64,000 nucleotides of DNA from Haliotis rufescens (lineage: Eukaryota). Location: NCBI RefSeq assembly GCF_023055435.1, contig NW_025963780.1, positions 43,214,001 to 43,278,000 of the forward strand. The letters are read 5' to 3'. The translations under genes and the position numbers were made by a program. The notes under the pieces were generated by a model, which worked only from the letters and a program-made list of their open reading frames with translations, had not been told where the DNA came from and did no database searches. Shown one piece after another: positions 1 to 13,700 of this stretch (the stretch's first letter is position 1; each line of letters opens with the position of its first letter).

Positions 1-652
1 ATGCATATAGTCTGATGTTTAGAATCCTAACGCAACTTGTTTTATTGTTCAAATTTAACCGCCGTAGCAACAGTGGAATTCATTACTGCTGGCTTAAAGA
101 AAGTATACACCATGTTTCATGGTGGCTGTGAAACAAACAAGAAATGGCTATTCGATGGAGATGTATTTGATAGGGGTATCATAGTTGTGTTTTGGGCCAT
201 AACTTTGCAGTGTTTCAGTGTTTTAGCCTAGTAACGTTTTGATAACGTTTGTAATTGTTTGGTCAAAACCAAACTTCAAGTGTACACTTTCTTATGCCCG
301 GCAGTTTAATCACGTCTCAAGTCCGTGTCTCGATCGGTATAAAGAGAGGTATGGGAAAGGCTGTTTTATCACATATATTATATACGTCATTAGGGACGAT
401 AGTTTCGGGAGGGTTTAAAGAGGATATATACTACTCGACTTATGATAGGGATATGTTTTATTGTTTTGTTGATTCAACCCGATCATGTCATTGTGTGTTA
501 TGTCGAAGGAAGGATCTCGTATCCTTATAAACAGTTGAGTAGTATATTATGATCATATATTTTGAGTCTTGCGTTCGGTATAAAATATATTCAAATTTGA
601 TTTGTCATATACATAAATGACAAAGTGTTTATTTTATACTTATGTACAAAAA

Positions 653-913
653 TTGTCTAAGGCGCCGCGATTCGTTGTGCAGAGTTGCGTCCCTTGGGCA
701 CGCCAGAAACCTATGATTGTGGGTTCGAATCCCGGTTTGCCCCGATTACGTTTCTAGTTTTGTCAGCACCATACCCGTGCTCGTGGGTTTCACCGAAGTG
801 GTAAACGTCTGAGAGCTGCATCACTTCGGCTTTCCTCCCACAGTAAGCTGACAAGCCGTGATATAACTGGAATACTGTTAAAAGCGGCGTTAAACCCAAC
901 TCACTCACTCACT
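653..913 (+). mobile_element. SINE family C (tRNA-Leu-like head, (ACTC)n tail)
   Basis: GTCTAAGGCGCC A-box region, GGGTTCGAATCCC B-box, tail CCGTGATATAACTGGAATACTGTTAAAAGCGGCGTTAAACCC(ACTC)n; other copies at 17892, 28550, 32005, 36648. Confidence 0.85.
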
Positions 914-1074
914 CTTGTCTTCAGAGTAAACGTATTGACGCTGTGTTCATATAAGCAGGCAATGACAGATTAACTTTATATAGGTTCTTTTGAGTAGTAT
1001 AGTATCCACATTTAATTTTGCACTAATAGACGTTATGTATCTTTCCCGCGCGTATATCCACGCACGTTCACGTG

Positions 1075-1430
1075 TTTTAGGTTTTTTTAGCCGAACTCAG
1101 CAATATTCCAGCTATATGACGGCGGTTTTTAAATAATCAAGCCAGACAATCCAGTTATAAATATCATAAACATCGATATACATAATTGGGATACGATGAC
1201 ATGCATCGACCACGTCGGAGAGCCCGACCACCCGAGACCGTTATTCGCCTCTTACAAAGCCTGCTCGCTGACTTGGTTGATGCATGTCATCGTATCCCAA
1301 TTGCGAAGATCGATGCTGATCATGTCAATCACTGTATATCATCTGGTCCAGACTCCATTATTGACAGACCGCCGCCATATAGCTGGAATAAAGCTGAGGG
1401 CGGCGTAAAACATAAACAAACAAACAACGT
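1075..1430. mobile_element. Two 5'-truncated SINE family B copies head-to-head (minus ~1075-1255, plus ~1262-1430)
   Basis: Both match the family B body GATCGATGCTCATGATGTCAATCACTGGATTGTCTGGTCCAGAC and its tail, in opposite orientations. Confidence 0.75.
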
Positions 1431-3631
1431 GACCTAACTTATTTCTCAAGACTTTCTCCTCCCAGCGAATCAAATATATGGATTGTTTCCTGTTACTATC
1501 GATTCTATAACAAATCACCGGCCTTCGCCGCTGTGGAGAATAATTACACTGGTCGTTCCCCCTGGGTAGAACATGTGGTTAAGACTCGATACAACCCCGC
1601 TCTTATATATGCATGATCCGACACGTTGAGACACAACCTATTGTACTGTATTCATACAGGAGGTGTATGTAGTGCGTGATACCACTTGATACCAAGTCTG
1701 ATTAGCCTGGCCGTGTATACGTTGACTACATATCTATTTAAGGAATGTGTATATAAAATATTATTCCATACATATTTCATATATGTTACTCTCACTGTAA
1801 ACGTTAAGTTTATGGAATAGCAAATAATAGAGAACAATAAGAGAATGGAAGAAGGAAAACGAATGAATGAAGAAATAAGAGAGAGAGAACAAGAATGAAA
1901 GAATAGTAAACAAAGAAAGGGATACACACAGAGAAGCAAAAGAAACAATAACCCCCCCCACACACACACACACAAACACACAAACACACACACACACACG
2001 TTGATTTTATTAGGTGTTCATTCAAATGAACAGTTGTGACGATTCGTCAGCACTCGGAGAATACCTCTACAAAGTGTTATTTTTAAAAATATTATTTGAT
2101 TTAAAATTTATAACTTTAAAAAAATAATCGCATAATACACAACTACTGATGGGTATGTTAGACATTTTTAGAGATTTCTTTGAAAATCAATACACTTGTT
2201 TGGGTTTTTTTCGGCAGAAAAATTTACATTTCAAACAAAGTAGGAGGCATACTAGTATTCATTTCTTACCCCATTGATTATTAAACCAATGTATTTTTAC
2301 ACCAAGGGTACCCAGCCACAGACTACATTTTACAAACTCTTGCAGGGATAAGCTCAATAGACATAATCCAACTTAAAAACACTTATATAAAAATAAATAT
2401 AACACGGTATACTTTGTTTTGCCCCCAGCTTATATCAAGACAAGACCTGCTGCTAGGGCGTGTTCCACCCTGCTTAGGTGTTTGTAAATTGAGATGTTTT
2501 GTCAGGTCGATAAGTACAGTGATCAATTAATAAAGACACCATTGTAATAAGAAAATTGTTAATGAATGACTAAATACGGTTTCAGAATTGTCTTGTCATC
2601 ATGTTAAGTAAATACTACAATATTTTGAATGTGTAAGTGGGCGGTATATATGTATATATGATTCATACTTATGGAGTAGCGAGTATGAACATGACGTTTC
2701 ATTACGGAATCCTATAATTAACTTACTGGCGGGTTAATTAAGCCGCGTAATAACATGTAGGTCACTTTGTTTTCGTAATTAATTATGCATTCGGAACAGT
2801 CGAACACGAAATACAGTCAACAATGGACTGTTGTATTAAATTCTATTCAGCGTCTCACTACACGCGTTCCAACAGATGTACAAGTCAATGTGTCGACGTG
2901 TTCCGAAAGTGACATGCAATCGGAACACACCATTGCACTTGGAACATGTCAAGCAAACTATTGTTTCTGTGTTACAACAGGCGTTGCTAGCAGTAGCAGT
3001 GTTTACTCATATCACACGCACAATTACAGAAAACCCTCCAGATTTCAATTTACGATACAAAATAGGTTTGTCCAGCCAAAATTGACTTATTAGACGTAAT
3101 TTCACTTTGAGTGCCGTATCATCTTTAAATAATTAAACAAACAAACAAACAAACAAATAAATACATGTTTATTTCGGGTTCCTCCCTACAGTGACTAATA
3201 ATTGATTAGCGTTATACAGGTACAATACTTACCCGGATGTAAGTCGCGCACCCGTTACATCCGTGACTCACACATTCCGTGAAACACATTACACCGCGGA
3301 GCACGTGCTTGTCGATCGCAGATCGCAGTATGTATATGGTCATGTTTTATTCAGTGAGCGGATTGCTAAATATAGCATGTCGTAATACGTCTGTAGTACA
3401 GTACTGCGTAGTATAGTCTTGCTGAACCGATCACAAGGTAGATTGGCGGATACGTTCTGATACATAGACTGGTAAATAAAACATGGGTAGATATGACGGG
3501 TAGATGAATAGGTTGAACGAATATGTACATACATATATATTTTTTTATATTTTTTATTTTTTATAAAAAAAATATTTTTCAATCATTTTACATTTATTTG
3601 ATAAAATGTGACATTTATACATATATAAATA

Positions 3632-3788
3632 NNNNNNNNNNNNNNNNNNNNNNNNNNNNNNNNNNNNNNNNNNNNNNNNNNNNNNNNNNNNNNNNNNNNN
3701 NNNNNNNNNNNNNNNNNNNNNNNNNNNNNNNNNNNNNNNNNNNNNNNNNNNNNNNNNNNNNNNNNNNNNNNNNNNNNNNNNNNNNNNN
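3632..3788. other. Assembly gap (N run)
   Basis: 157 Ns. Confidence 1.
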
Positions 3789-4312
3789 TATAGAACCACA
3801 TCAATAAAGATATTCCCAAAATAAATCACATGAAACGAATTGTTCTCCTACATGTTTCAGTTTTTTCATCAGGAAAAAGTTGAATGCGAATACATACATT
3901 GATGACAGACAGACCGACATACAAATATGCAATCTCAGTCACCTGGAAGGCAGTTTTATGTTCCATAATACACTGCCAAGTAAGAAAACAATACAGCGAT
4001 TTCGTTCGTGCAAATCCCACTTTGAGCCCAGTGACCACACCGCGCATGTATCGACCAGTCTCCCTCCACGGAGTGGGCATTGGTCACGTGATTGTTGTCT
4101 ACAGTAGACAGGTGCCCCAACCTGGGGCTGGGCGACAGCGGGGTCAACAAGCTTGTGTACCTACAGGCTCACCCCAACCTCAGCGGTTGATTAGGCGCAG
4201 GATACTTTTTTAAACAGATCATACAGAAAGTCGAACATTCTGAATAAGTTCAATAACTAACTAGCAAAGCCAGTGCCCAATACTTGTGACTATTGATGGT
4301 TGATGGTATATA

Positions 4313-4580
4313 TGTGTATTTTCTTGAACGTCTATTTATAATTTCTTGAATGTGTATGTCTGGTTTCTTGAATGTATAATGTATAATTTCTTGAATGTGT
4401 TTGTCTAATTTCTTGAATGTGTATGTCTATTTCTTGAATGTGTATGTCTGATTTCTTGAATGTGTATGTATAATTTCTTGAATGTGTATGTCTGATTTCT
4501 TGAATGTGTATGTGTATTTCTTGAATGTATATGCATAAGTTCTTGATGGTGATGGTGTATGTGTTATTTCTTGAATATGA
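4313..4580. repeat. Minisatellite, 21-23-bp unit ATTTCTTGAATGTGTATGTCT
   Basis: About 10 tandem copies visible, each with TTTCTTGAA. Confidence 0.9.
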
Positions 4581-4772
4581 ATGATTAAATCCTTGAATCG
4601 TGCCTTTCACATAGATGTCGTTTTTGTGGTCTATAGAAACTGTTGTACCGTTAGCCGTAGAATGGGAAGATATCGCGTGTTGTAATGACATCTTCGCGTG
4701 CCGTTCCACGCCGAAATATTTCAACTGGGTCAGTGTTGACGTCATAGACCAGCTACATATCTAATAACCTTA

Positions 4773-7700
4773 CTATCTGATTTGTATACGATGTGTGGAT
4801 GTCGTAGTGGTGACGGTTGTAGTAGTAGAGGTAGTAGTGGTGACGGTTGTAGTAGGAGATGTAGTAGTGGTGACGGTTGTAGTAGTAGAGGTAGTAGTGG
4901 TGACGGTTGTAGTAGCAGAGGTAGTGGTGGTGACGGTTGTAGTAGCAGAGATAGTAGTGGTGACGGTTGTAGTAGTAGAGATAGTAGTGGTGACGGTTGT
5001 AGTAGTAGAGGTAGTAGTGGTGACGGTTGTAGTAGTAGAGATAGTAGTGGTGACGGTTGTAGTAGCAGAGGTAGTGGTGGTGACGGTTGTAGTAGTAGAG
5101 GTAGTAGTGGTGACGGTTGTAGTAGCAGAGATAGTAGTGGTGACGGTTGCAGTAGTAGAGGTAGTAGTGGTGACGGTTGTAGTAGCAGAGGTAGTGGTGG
5201 TGACGGTTGTAGTAGCAGAGATAGTAGTGGTGACGGTTGTAGTAGTAGAGATAGTAGTGGTGACGGTTGTAGTAGAGGTAGTAGTGGTGACGGTTGCAGT
5301 AGTAGAGGTAGTAGTGGTGACGGTTGTAGTAGTAGAGGTAGTAGTGGTGACGGTTGTAGTAGTAGAGGTAGTAGTGGTGACGGTTGTAGTAGCAGAGGTA
5401 GTAGTGGTGACGGTTGTAGTAGTAGAGGTAGAAGTGGTGACGGTTGTAGTAGCAGAGGTAGTAGTGGTGACGGTTGTAGTAGGAGAGGTAGTAGTGGTGA
5501 CGGTTGTAGTAGCAGAGGTAGTGGTGGTGACGGTTGTAGTAGCAGAGATAGTAGTGGTGACGGTTGTAGTAGTAGAGATAGTAGTGGTGACGGTTGTAGT
5601 AGTAGAGGTAGTAGTGGTGACGGTTGTAGTAGTAGAGATAGTAGTGGTGACGGTTGTAGTAGCAGAGGTAGTGGTGGTGACGGTTGTAGTAGTAGAGGTA
5701 GTAGTGGTGACGGTTGTAGTAGCAGAGATAGTAGTGGTGACGGTTGCAGTAGTAGAGGTAGTAGTGGTGACGGTTGTAGTAGCAGAGGTAGTGGTGGTGA
5801 CGGTTGTAGTAGCAGAGATAGTAGTGGTGACGGTTGTAGTAGTAGAGATAGTAGTGGTGACGGTTGTAGTAGAGGTAGTAGTGGTGACGGTTGCAGTAGT
5901 AGAGGTAGTAGTGGTGACGGTTGTAGTAGTAGAGGTAGTAGTGGTGACGGTTGTAGTAGTAGAGGTAGTAGTGGTGACGGTTGTAGTAGCAGAGGTAGTA
6001 GTGGTGACGGTTGTAGTAGTAGAGGTAGAAGTGGTGACGGTTGTAGTAGCAGAGGTAGTAGTGGTGACGGTTGTAGTAGTAGAGGTAGTAGTGGTGACGG
6101 TTGTAGTAGTAGAGGTAGTAGTGGTGACGGTTGTAGTAGTAGAGGTAGTAGTGGTGACGGTTGTAGTAGTAGAGGTAGTAGTGGTGACGGTTGTAGTAGT
6201 AGAGGTAGTAGTGGTGACGGTTGTAGTAGTAGAGGTAGTAGTGGTGACGGTTGTTGTAGAGATAGTAGTGGTGACGGTTGTAGTAGCAGAGATAGTAGTG
6301 GTGACGGTTGTAGTAGTAGAGGTAGTAGTGGTGACGGTTGTAGTAGTAGAGGTAGAAGTGGTGACGGTTGTAGTAGTAGAGGTAGTGGTGGTGACGGTTG
6401 TAGTAGCAGAGATAGTAGTGGTGACGGTTGTAGTAGCAGAGGTAGTAGTGGTGACGGTTGTAGTAGTAGAGATAGTAGTGGTGACGGTTGTAGTAGCAGA
6501 GGTAGTAGTGGTGACGGTTGTAGTAGCAGAGGTAGTAGTGGTGACGGTTGTAGTAGTAGAGGTAGTAGTGGTGACGGTTGTAGTAGCAGAGGTAGTAGTG
6601 GTGACGGTTGTAGTAGTAGAGGTAGTAGTGGTGACGGTTGTAGTAGCAGAGGTAGTGGTGGTGACGGTTGTAGTAGCAGAGATAGTAGTGGTGACGGTTG
6701 TAGTAGGAGAGATAGTAGTGGTGACGGTTGTAGTAGTAGAGATAGTAGTGGTGACGGTTGTAGTAGTAGAGATAGTAGTGGTGACGGTTGTAGTAGTAGA
6801 GATAGTAGTGGTGACGGTTGTAGTAGTAGAGATAGTAGTGGTGACGGTTGTAGTAGCAGAGGTAGTGGTGGTGACGGTTGTAGTAGTAGAGGTAGTAGTG
6901 GTGACGGTTGTAGTAACAGAGGCAGTAGTGGTGACGGTTGTAGTAGCAGAGGTAGTGGTGGTGACGGTTGTAGTAGCAGAGATAGTAGTGGTGACGGTTG
7001 TAGTAGTAGAGGTAGTAGTGGTGACGGTTGTAGTAGTAGAGGTAGTAGTGGTGACGGTTGTTGTAGAGGTAGTAGTGGTGACGGTTGTAGTAGGGGAGGT
7101 AGTAGTGGTGACGGTTGTAGTAGTAGAGGTAGTAGTGGTGACGGTTGTAGTAGTAGAGGTAGTAGTGGTGACGGTTGTAGTAGTAGAGGTAGTAGTGGTG
7201 ACGGTTGTAGTAGTAGAGGTAGTAGTGGTGACGGTTGTTGTAGAGGTAGTAGTGGTGACGGTTGTAGTAGTAGATGTAGTAGTGGTGACGGTTGTAGTAG
7301 CAGAGATAGTAGTGGTGACGGTTGTAGTAGTAGAGGTAGTAGTGGTGACGGTTGTAGTAGCAGAGGTAGTAGTGGTGACGGCTGTAGTAGAGGTTGTAGT
7401 GGTGACGGTTGTAGTAGATGTAGTAGTGGTGACGGTTGTAGTAGGAGAGGTAGTAGTGGTGACGGCTGTAGTAGAGGTAGTAGTGGTGACGGTTGTAGTA
7501 GATGTAGTAGTGGTGACGGTTGTAGTAGGAGAGGTAGTAGTGGTGACGGTTGTAGTAGTAGAGGTAGTAGTGGTGACGGTTGTAGTAGTAGATGTAGTGG
7601 TGGTGACGGTTGTAGTAGTAGATGTAGTGGTGGTGACGGTTGTAGTAGTAGAGGTAGTAGTGGTGACGGTTGTAGTAGTAGAGGTAGTAGTGGTGACGGT

Positions 7701-10700
7701 TGTAGTAGTAGAGGTAGTAGTGGTGACGGTTGTAGTAGTAGAGGTAGTGGTGGTGACGGTTGTAGTAGTAGATGTAGTGGTGGTGACGGTTGTAGTAGTA
7801 GAGGTAGTAGTGGTGACGGTTGTAGTAGTAGAGGTAGTAGTGGTGACGGTTGTAGTAGTAGAGGTAGTAGTGGTGACGGTTGTAGTAGTAGATGTAGTAG
7901 TGGTGACGGTTGTAGTAGTAGAGGTAGTAGTGGTGACGGTTGTAGTAGTAGATGTAGTAGTGGTGACGGTTGTAGTAGTAGAGGTAGTAGTGGTGACGGT
8001 TGTAGTAGTAGATGTAGTAGTGGTGACGGTTGCAGTAGGAGAGGTAGTAGTGGTGACGGTTGTAGTAGTGGTGACGGTTGTAGTAGTGGTGACGGTTGTA
8101 GTAGTAGATGTAGTAGTGGTGACGGTTGTAGTAGTAGAGGTAGTAGTGGTGACGGTTGTAGTAGTGGTGACGGTTGTAGTAGTAGAGGTAGTAGTGGTGA
8201 CGGTTGTAGTAGCAGAGGTAGTAGTGGTGACGGCTGTAGTAGAGGTAGTAGTGGTGACGGTTGTAGTAGTAGAGGTAGTAGTGGTGACGGTTGTAGTAGT
8301 AGAGGTAGTAGTGGTGACGGTTGCAGTAGTAGAGGTAGTAGTGGTGACGGTTGTAGTAGTAGAGGTAGTAGTGGTGACGGTTGTAGTAGTAGAGGTAGTA
8401 GTGGTGACGGTTGTAGTAGGAGAGGTAGTGGTGGTGACGGTTGTAGTAGCAGAGGTAGTAGTGGTGACGGTTGTAGTAGCAGAGATAGTAGTGGTGACGG
8501 TTGTAGTAGTAGAGGTAGTAGTGGTGACGGTTGTAGTAGCAGAGATAGTAGTGGTGACGGTTGTAGTAGTAGAGATAGTAGTGGTGACGGTTGTAGTAGC
8601 AGAGGTAGTAGTGGTGACGGTTGTAGTAGCAGAGATAGTAGTGGTGACGGTTGTAGTAGTAGAGATAGTAGTGGTGACGGTTGTAGTAGTAGAGGTAGTA
8701 GTGGTGACGGTTGTAGTAGTAGAGGTAGTAGTGGTGACGGTTGTAGTAGTAGAGGTAGTAGTGGTGACGGTTGCAGTAGCAGAGATAGTAGTGGTGACGG
8801 TTGCAGTAGTAGATGTAGTAGTGGTGACGGTTGTAGTAGTAGAGGTAGTGGTGGTGACGGTTGTAGTAGTAGAGGTAGTAGTGGTGACGGTTGTAGTAGT
8901 AGAGGTAGTAGTGGTGACGGTTGTAGTAACAGAGATAGTAGTGGTGACGGTTGTAGTAGTAGATGTAGTAGTGGTGACGGTTGTAGTAGCAGAGGTAGTA
9001 GTGGTGACGGTTGTAGTAGCAGAGATAGTAGTGGTGACGGTTGTAGTAGTAGAGGTAGTAGTGGTGACGGTTGTAGTAAGAGAGGTAGTAGTGGTGACGG
9101 TTGTAGTAGATGTAGTAGTGGTGACGGTTGTAGTAGCAGAGATAGTAGTGGTGACGGTTGTAGTAGTAGAGGTAGTAGTGGTGACGGTTGTAGTAAGAGA
9201 GGTAGTAGTGGTGACGGTTGTAGTAGCAGAGATAGTAGTGGTGACGGTTGTAGTAGTAGAGGTAGTAGTGGTGACGGTTGTAGTAGTAGATGTAGTAGTG
9301 GTGACGGTTGCAGTAGGAGAGGTAGTAGTGGTGACGGTTGTAGTAACAGAGATAGTAGTGGTGACGGTTGTAGTAGTAGATGTAGTAGTGGTGACGGTTG
9401 CAGTAGGAGAGGTAGTAGTGGTGACGGTTGTAGTAGTGGTGACGGTTGTAGTAGTAGATGTAGTAGTGGTGACGGTTGTAGTAAGAGAGATAGTAGTGGT
9501 GACGGTTGTAGTAGTAGAGGTAGTAGTGGTGACGGTTGTAGTAGTAGATGTAGTAGTGGTGACGGTTGTAGTAGGGGAGGTAGTAGTGGTGACGGTTGTA
9601 GTAGTAGAGGTAGTAGTGGTGACGGTTGTAGTAGTAGAGGTAGTAGTGGTGACGGTTGTAGTAGTAGATGTAGTAGTGGTGACGGTTGTAGTAGTAGATG
9701 TAGTGGTGGTGACGGTTGTAGTAGTAGATGTAGTGGTGGTGACGGTTGTAGTAAGAGAGGTAGTGGTGGTGACGGTTGTAGTAGTAGAGGTAGTAGTGGT
9801 GACGGTTGTAGTAGTAGAGGTAGTAGTGGTGACGGTTGTAGTAGTAGAGGTTGTAGTGGTGACGGTTGTAGTAGTAGAGGTAGTAGTGGTGACGGTTGTA
9901 GTAGTAGAGGTAGTAGTGGTGACGGTTGTAGTAGTAGAGGTAGTAGTGGTGACGGTTGTAGTAGTAGAGGTAGTAGTGGTGACGGTTGTAGTAGTAGAGG
10001 TAGTAGTGGTGACGGTTGTAGTAGTAGAGGTAGTAGTGGTGACGGTTGTAGTAGTAGAGGTAGTAGTGGTGACGGTTGTAGTAGTAGAGGTAGTAGTGGT
10101 GACGGTTGTAGTAGTAGAGGTTGTAGTGGTGACGGTTGTTGTAGAGGTAGTAGTGGTGACGGTTGTAGTAGGGGAGGTAGTAGTGGTGACGGTTGTAGTA
10201 GTAGAGGTAGTGGTGGTGACGGTTGTAGTAGGGGAGGTAGTAGTGGTGACGGTTGTAGTAGTAGAGGTAGTAGTGGTGACGGTTGTAGTAGTAGAGGTAG
10301 TGGTGGTGACGGTTGTAGTAGTAGAGGTAGTAGTGGTGACGGTTGTAGTAGTAGATGTAGTAGTGGTGACGGTTGTAGTAGTAGAGATAGTAGTGGTGAC
10401 GGTTGTAGTAGTAGAGGTAGTAGTGGTGACGGTTGTAGTAGTAGAGGTAGTAGTGGTGACGGTTGTAGTAAGAGAGGTTGTAGTGGTGACGGTTGTAGTA
10501 AGAGAGGTAGTAGTGGTGACGGTTGTAGTAGTAGATGTAGTAGTGGTGACGGTTGTAGTAGGAGAGGTAGTAGTGGTGACGGTTGTAGTAGTAGATGTAG
10601 TAGTGGTGACGGTTGTAGTAAGAGAGGTAGTAGTGGTGACGGTTGTAGTAGTAGAGGTAGTAGTGGTGACGGTTGTAGTAGTAGAGGTAGTAGTGGTGAC

Positions 10701-13700
10701 GGTTGCAGTAGTAGAGGTAGTAGTGGTGACGGTTGTAGTAGTAGAGGTAGTGGTGGTGACGGTTGTAGTAAGAGAGGTAGTGGTGGTGACGGTTGTAGTA
10801 GTAGAGGTAGTAGTGGTGACGGTTGTAGTAGTAGAGGTAGTAGTGGTGACGGTTGTTGTAGAGGTAGTAGTGGTGACGGTTGTAGTAGTAGATGTAGTAG
10901 TGGTGACGGTTGTTGTAGAGGTAGTGGTGGTGACGGTTGTAGTAGTAGAGGTAGTAGTGGTGACGGTTGTTGTAGAGGTAGTGGTGGTGACGGTTGTAGT
11001 AGGGGAGGTAGTAGTGGTGACGGTTGTAGTAGTAGAGGTAGTAGTGGTGACGGTTGTAGTAGTAGAGGTAGTAGTGGTGACGGTTGTAGTAGTAGAGGTA
11101 GTAGTGGTGACGGTTGTAGTAGGAGAGGTAGTAGTGGTGACGGTTGTAGTAAGAGAGGTAGTAGTGGTGACGGTTGTAGTAGTAGAGGTAGTAGTGGTGA
11201 CGGTTGTAGTAGGAGAGGTAGTAGTGGTGACGGTTGTAGTAGTAGAGGTAGTAGTGGTGACGGTTGTAGTAGTAGAGGTAGTAGTGGTGACGGTTGTAGT
11301 AGGAGAGGTAGTAGTGGTGACGGTTGTAGTAAGAGAGGTAGTGGTGGTGACGGTTGTAGTAGTAGAGGTAGTGGTGGTGACGGTTGTAGTAAGAGAGGTT
11401 GTAGTGGTGACGGTTGTAGTAAGAGAGGTAGTAGTGGTGACGGTTGTAGTAGTAGAGGTAGTAGTGGTGACGGTTGTAGTAGTAGAGGTAGTAGTGGTGA
11501 CGGTTGTTGTAGAGGTAGTAGTGGTGACGGTTGTAGTAGGGGAGGTAGTAGTGGTGACGGTTGTAGTAGTAGAGGTAGTAGTGGTGACGGTTGTAGTAGG
11601 GGAGGTAGTAGTGGTGACGGTTGTAGTAGTAGAGGTAGTAGTGGTGACGGTTGTAGTAGCAGAGGTAGTAGTGGTGACGGTTGCAGTAGCAGAGGTAGTG
11701 GTGGTGACGGTTGTAGTAGCAGAGGTAGTGGTGGTGACGGTTGTAGTAGTAGATGTAGTAGTGGTGACGGTTGCAGTAGTAGAGGTAGTAGTGGTGACGG
11801 TTGCAGTAGCAGAGGTAGTGGTGACGGTTGTAGTAAGAGAGGTAGTGGTGGTGACGGTTGTAGTAGTAGATGTAGTAGTGGTGACGGTTGTAGTAGTAGA
11901 GGTAGTAGTGGTGACGGTTGTAGTAGTAGAGGTAGTAGTGGTGACGGTTGTAGTAGAGATAGTAGTGGTGACGGTTGTAGTAGTAGAGATAGTAGTGGTG
12001 ACGGTTGTAGTAGTAGAGGTAGTAGTGGTGACGGTTGTAGTAGTAGAGGTAGTAGTGGTGACGGTTGTAGTAGTAGAGGTAGTAGTGGTGACGGTTGTAG
12101 TAGCAGAGGTAGTAGTGGTGACGGTTGTAGTAGTAGATGTAGTAGTGGTGACGGTTGTAGTAGCAGAGATAGTAGTGGTGACGGTTGTAGTAGTAGAGGT
12201 AGTAGTGGTGACGGTTGTAGTAGTAGAGGTAGTAGTGGTGACGGTTGTAGTAGCAGAGATAGTAGTGGTGACGGTTGTAGTAGTAGAGGTAGTAGTGGTG
12301 ACGGTTGTAGTAGTAGAGGTAGTAGTGGTGACGGTTGTAGTAACAGAGATAGTAGTGGTGACGGTTGTAGTAGTAGATGTAGTAGTGGTGACGGTTGCAG
12401 TAGGAGAGGTAGTAGTGGTGACGGTTGTAGTAGTGGTGACGGTTGTAGTAGTAGATGTAGTAGTGGTGACGGTTGTAGTAGTAGAGGTAGTAGTGGTGAC
12501 GGTTGTAGTAGTGGTGACGGTTGTAGTAGTAGAGGTAGTAGTGGTGACGGTTGTAGTAGCAGAGGTAGTAGTGGTGACGGCTGTAGTAGAGGTAGTAGTG
12601 GTGACGGTTGTAGTAGATGTAGTAGTGGTGACGGTTGTAGTAGTAGAGGTAGTAGTGGTGACGGTTGTAGTAGCAGAGGTAGTAGTGGTGACGGCTGTAG
12701 TAGAGGTAGTAGTGGTGACGGTTGTAGTAGATGTAGTAGTGGTGACGGTTGCAGTAGTAGAGGTAGTAGTGGTGACGGTTGTAGTAGTAGATGTAGTAGT
12801 GGTGACGGTTGCAGTAGTAGAGGTAGTAGTGGTGACGGTTGCAGTAGTAGAGGTTGTAGTGGTGACGGTTGTAGTAGTAGAGGTAGTAGTGGTGACGGTT
12901 GTAGTAGTAGATGTAGTAGTGGTGACGGTTGTAGTAACAGAGATAGTAGTGGTGACGGTTGTAGTAGTAGAGGTAGTAGTGGTGACGGTTGTAGTAGTAG
13001 AGGTAGTAGTGGTGACGGTTGTAGTAAGAGAGGTAGTAGTGGTGACGGTTGTAGTAAGAGAGGTTGTAGTGGTGACGGTTGTAGTAGTAGATGTAGTAGT
13101 GGTGACGGTTGTAGTAGTAGAGGTAGTAGTGGTGACGGTTGTAGTAGAGGTAGTAGTGGTGACGGTTGCAGTAGTAGAGGTAGTAGTGGTGACGGTTGTA
13201 GTAACAGAGATAGTAGTGGTGACGGTTGTAGTAGCAGAGGTAGTGGTGGTGACGGTTGTAGTAAGAGAGGTAGTAGTGGTGACGGTTGTAGTAGTAGAGG
13301 TAGTAGTGGTGACGGTTGTAGTAGTAGAGGTAGTAGTGGTGACGGTTGTAGTAAGAGAGGTAGTAGTGGTGACGGTTGTAGTAAGAGAGGTTGTAGTGGT
13401 GACGGTTGTAGTAGTAGAGGTAGTAGTGGTGACGGTTGTAGTAGTAGATGTAGTAGTGGTGACGGTTGTAGTAGTAGAGGTAGAAGTGGTGACGGTTGTA
13501 GTAGTAGATGTAGTAGTGGTGACGGTTGTAGTAGTAGAGGTAGTAGTGGTGACGGTTGTTGTAGAGGTAGTAGTGGTGACGGTTGTAGTAGGGGAGGTAG
13601 TAGTGGTGACGGTTGTAGTAAGAGAGGTAGTAGTGGTGACGGTTGTAGTAAGAGAGGTAGTAGTGGTGACGGTTGTAGTAGTAGAGGTAGTAGTGGTGAC

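Noticed and set aside
4332-4745. 137-aa minus ORF in register with the Thr-rich frame
   Set aside because: Separated from it by three in-frame stops (4761-4775), and its second half is a minisatellite
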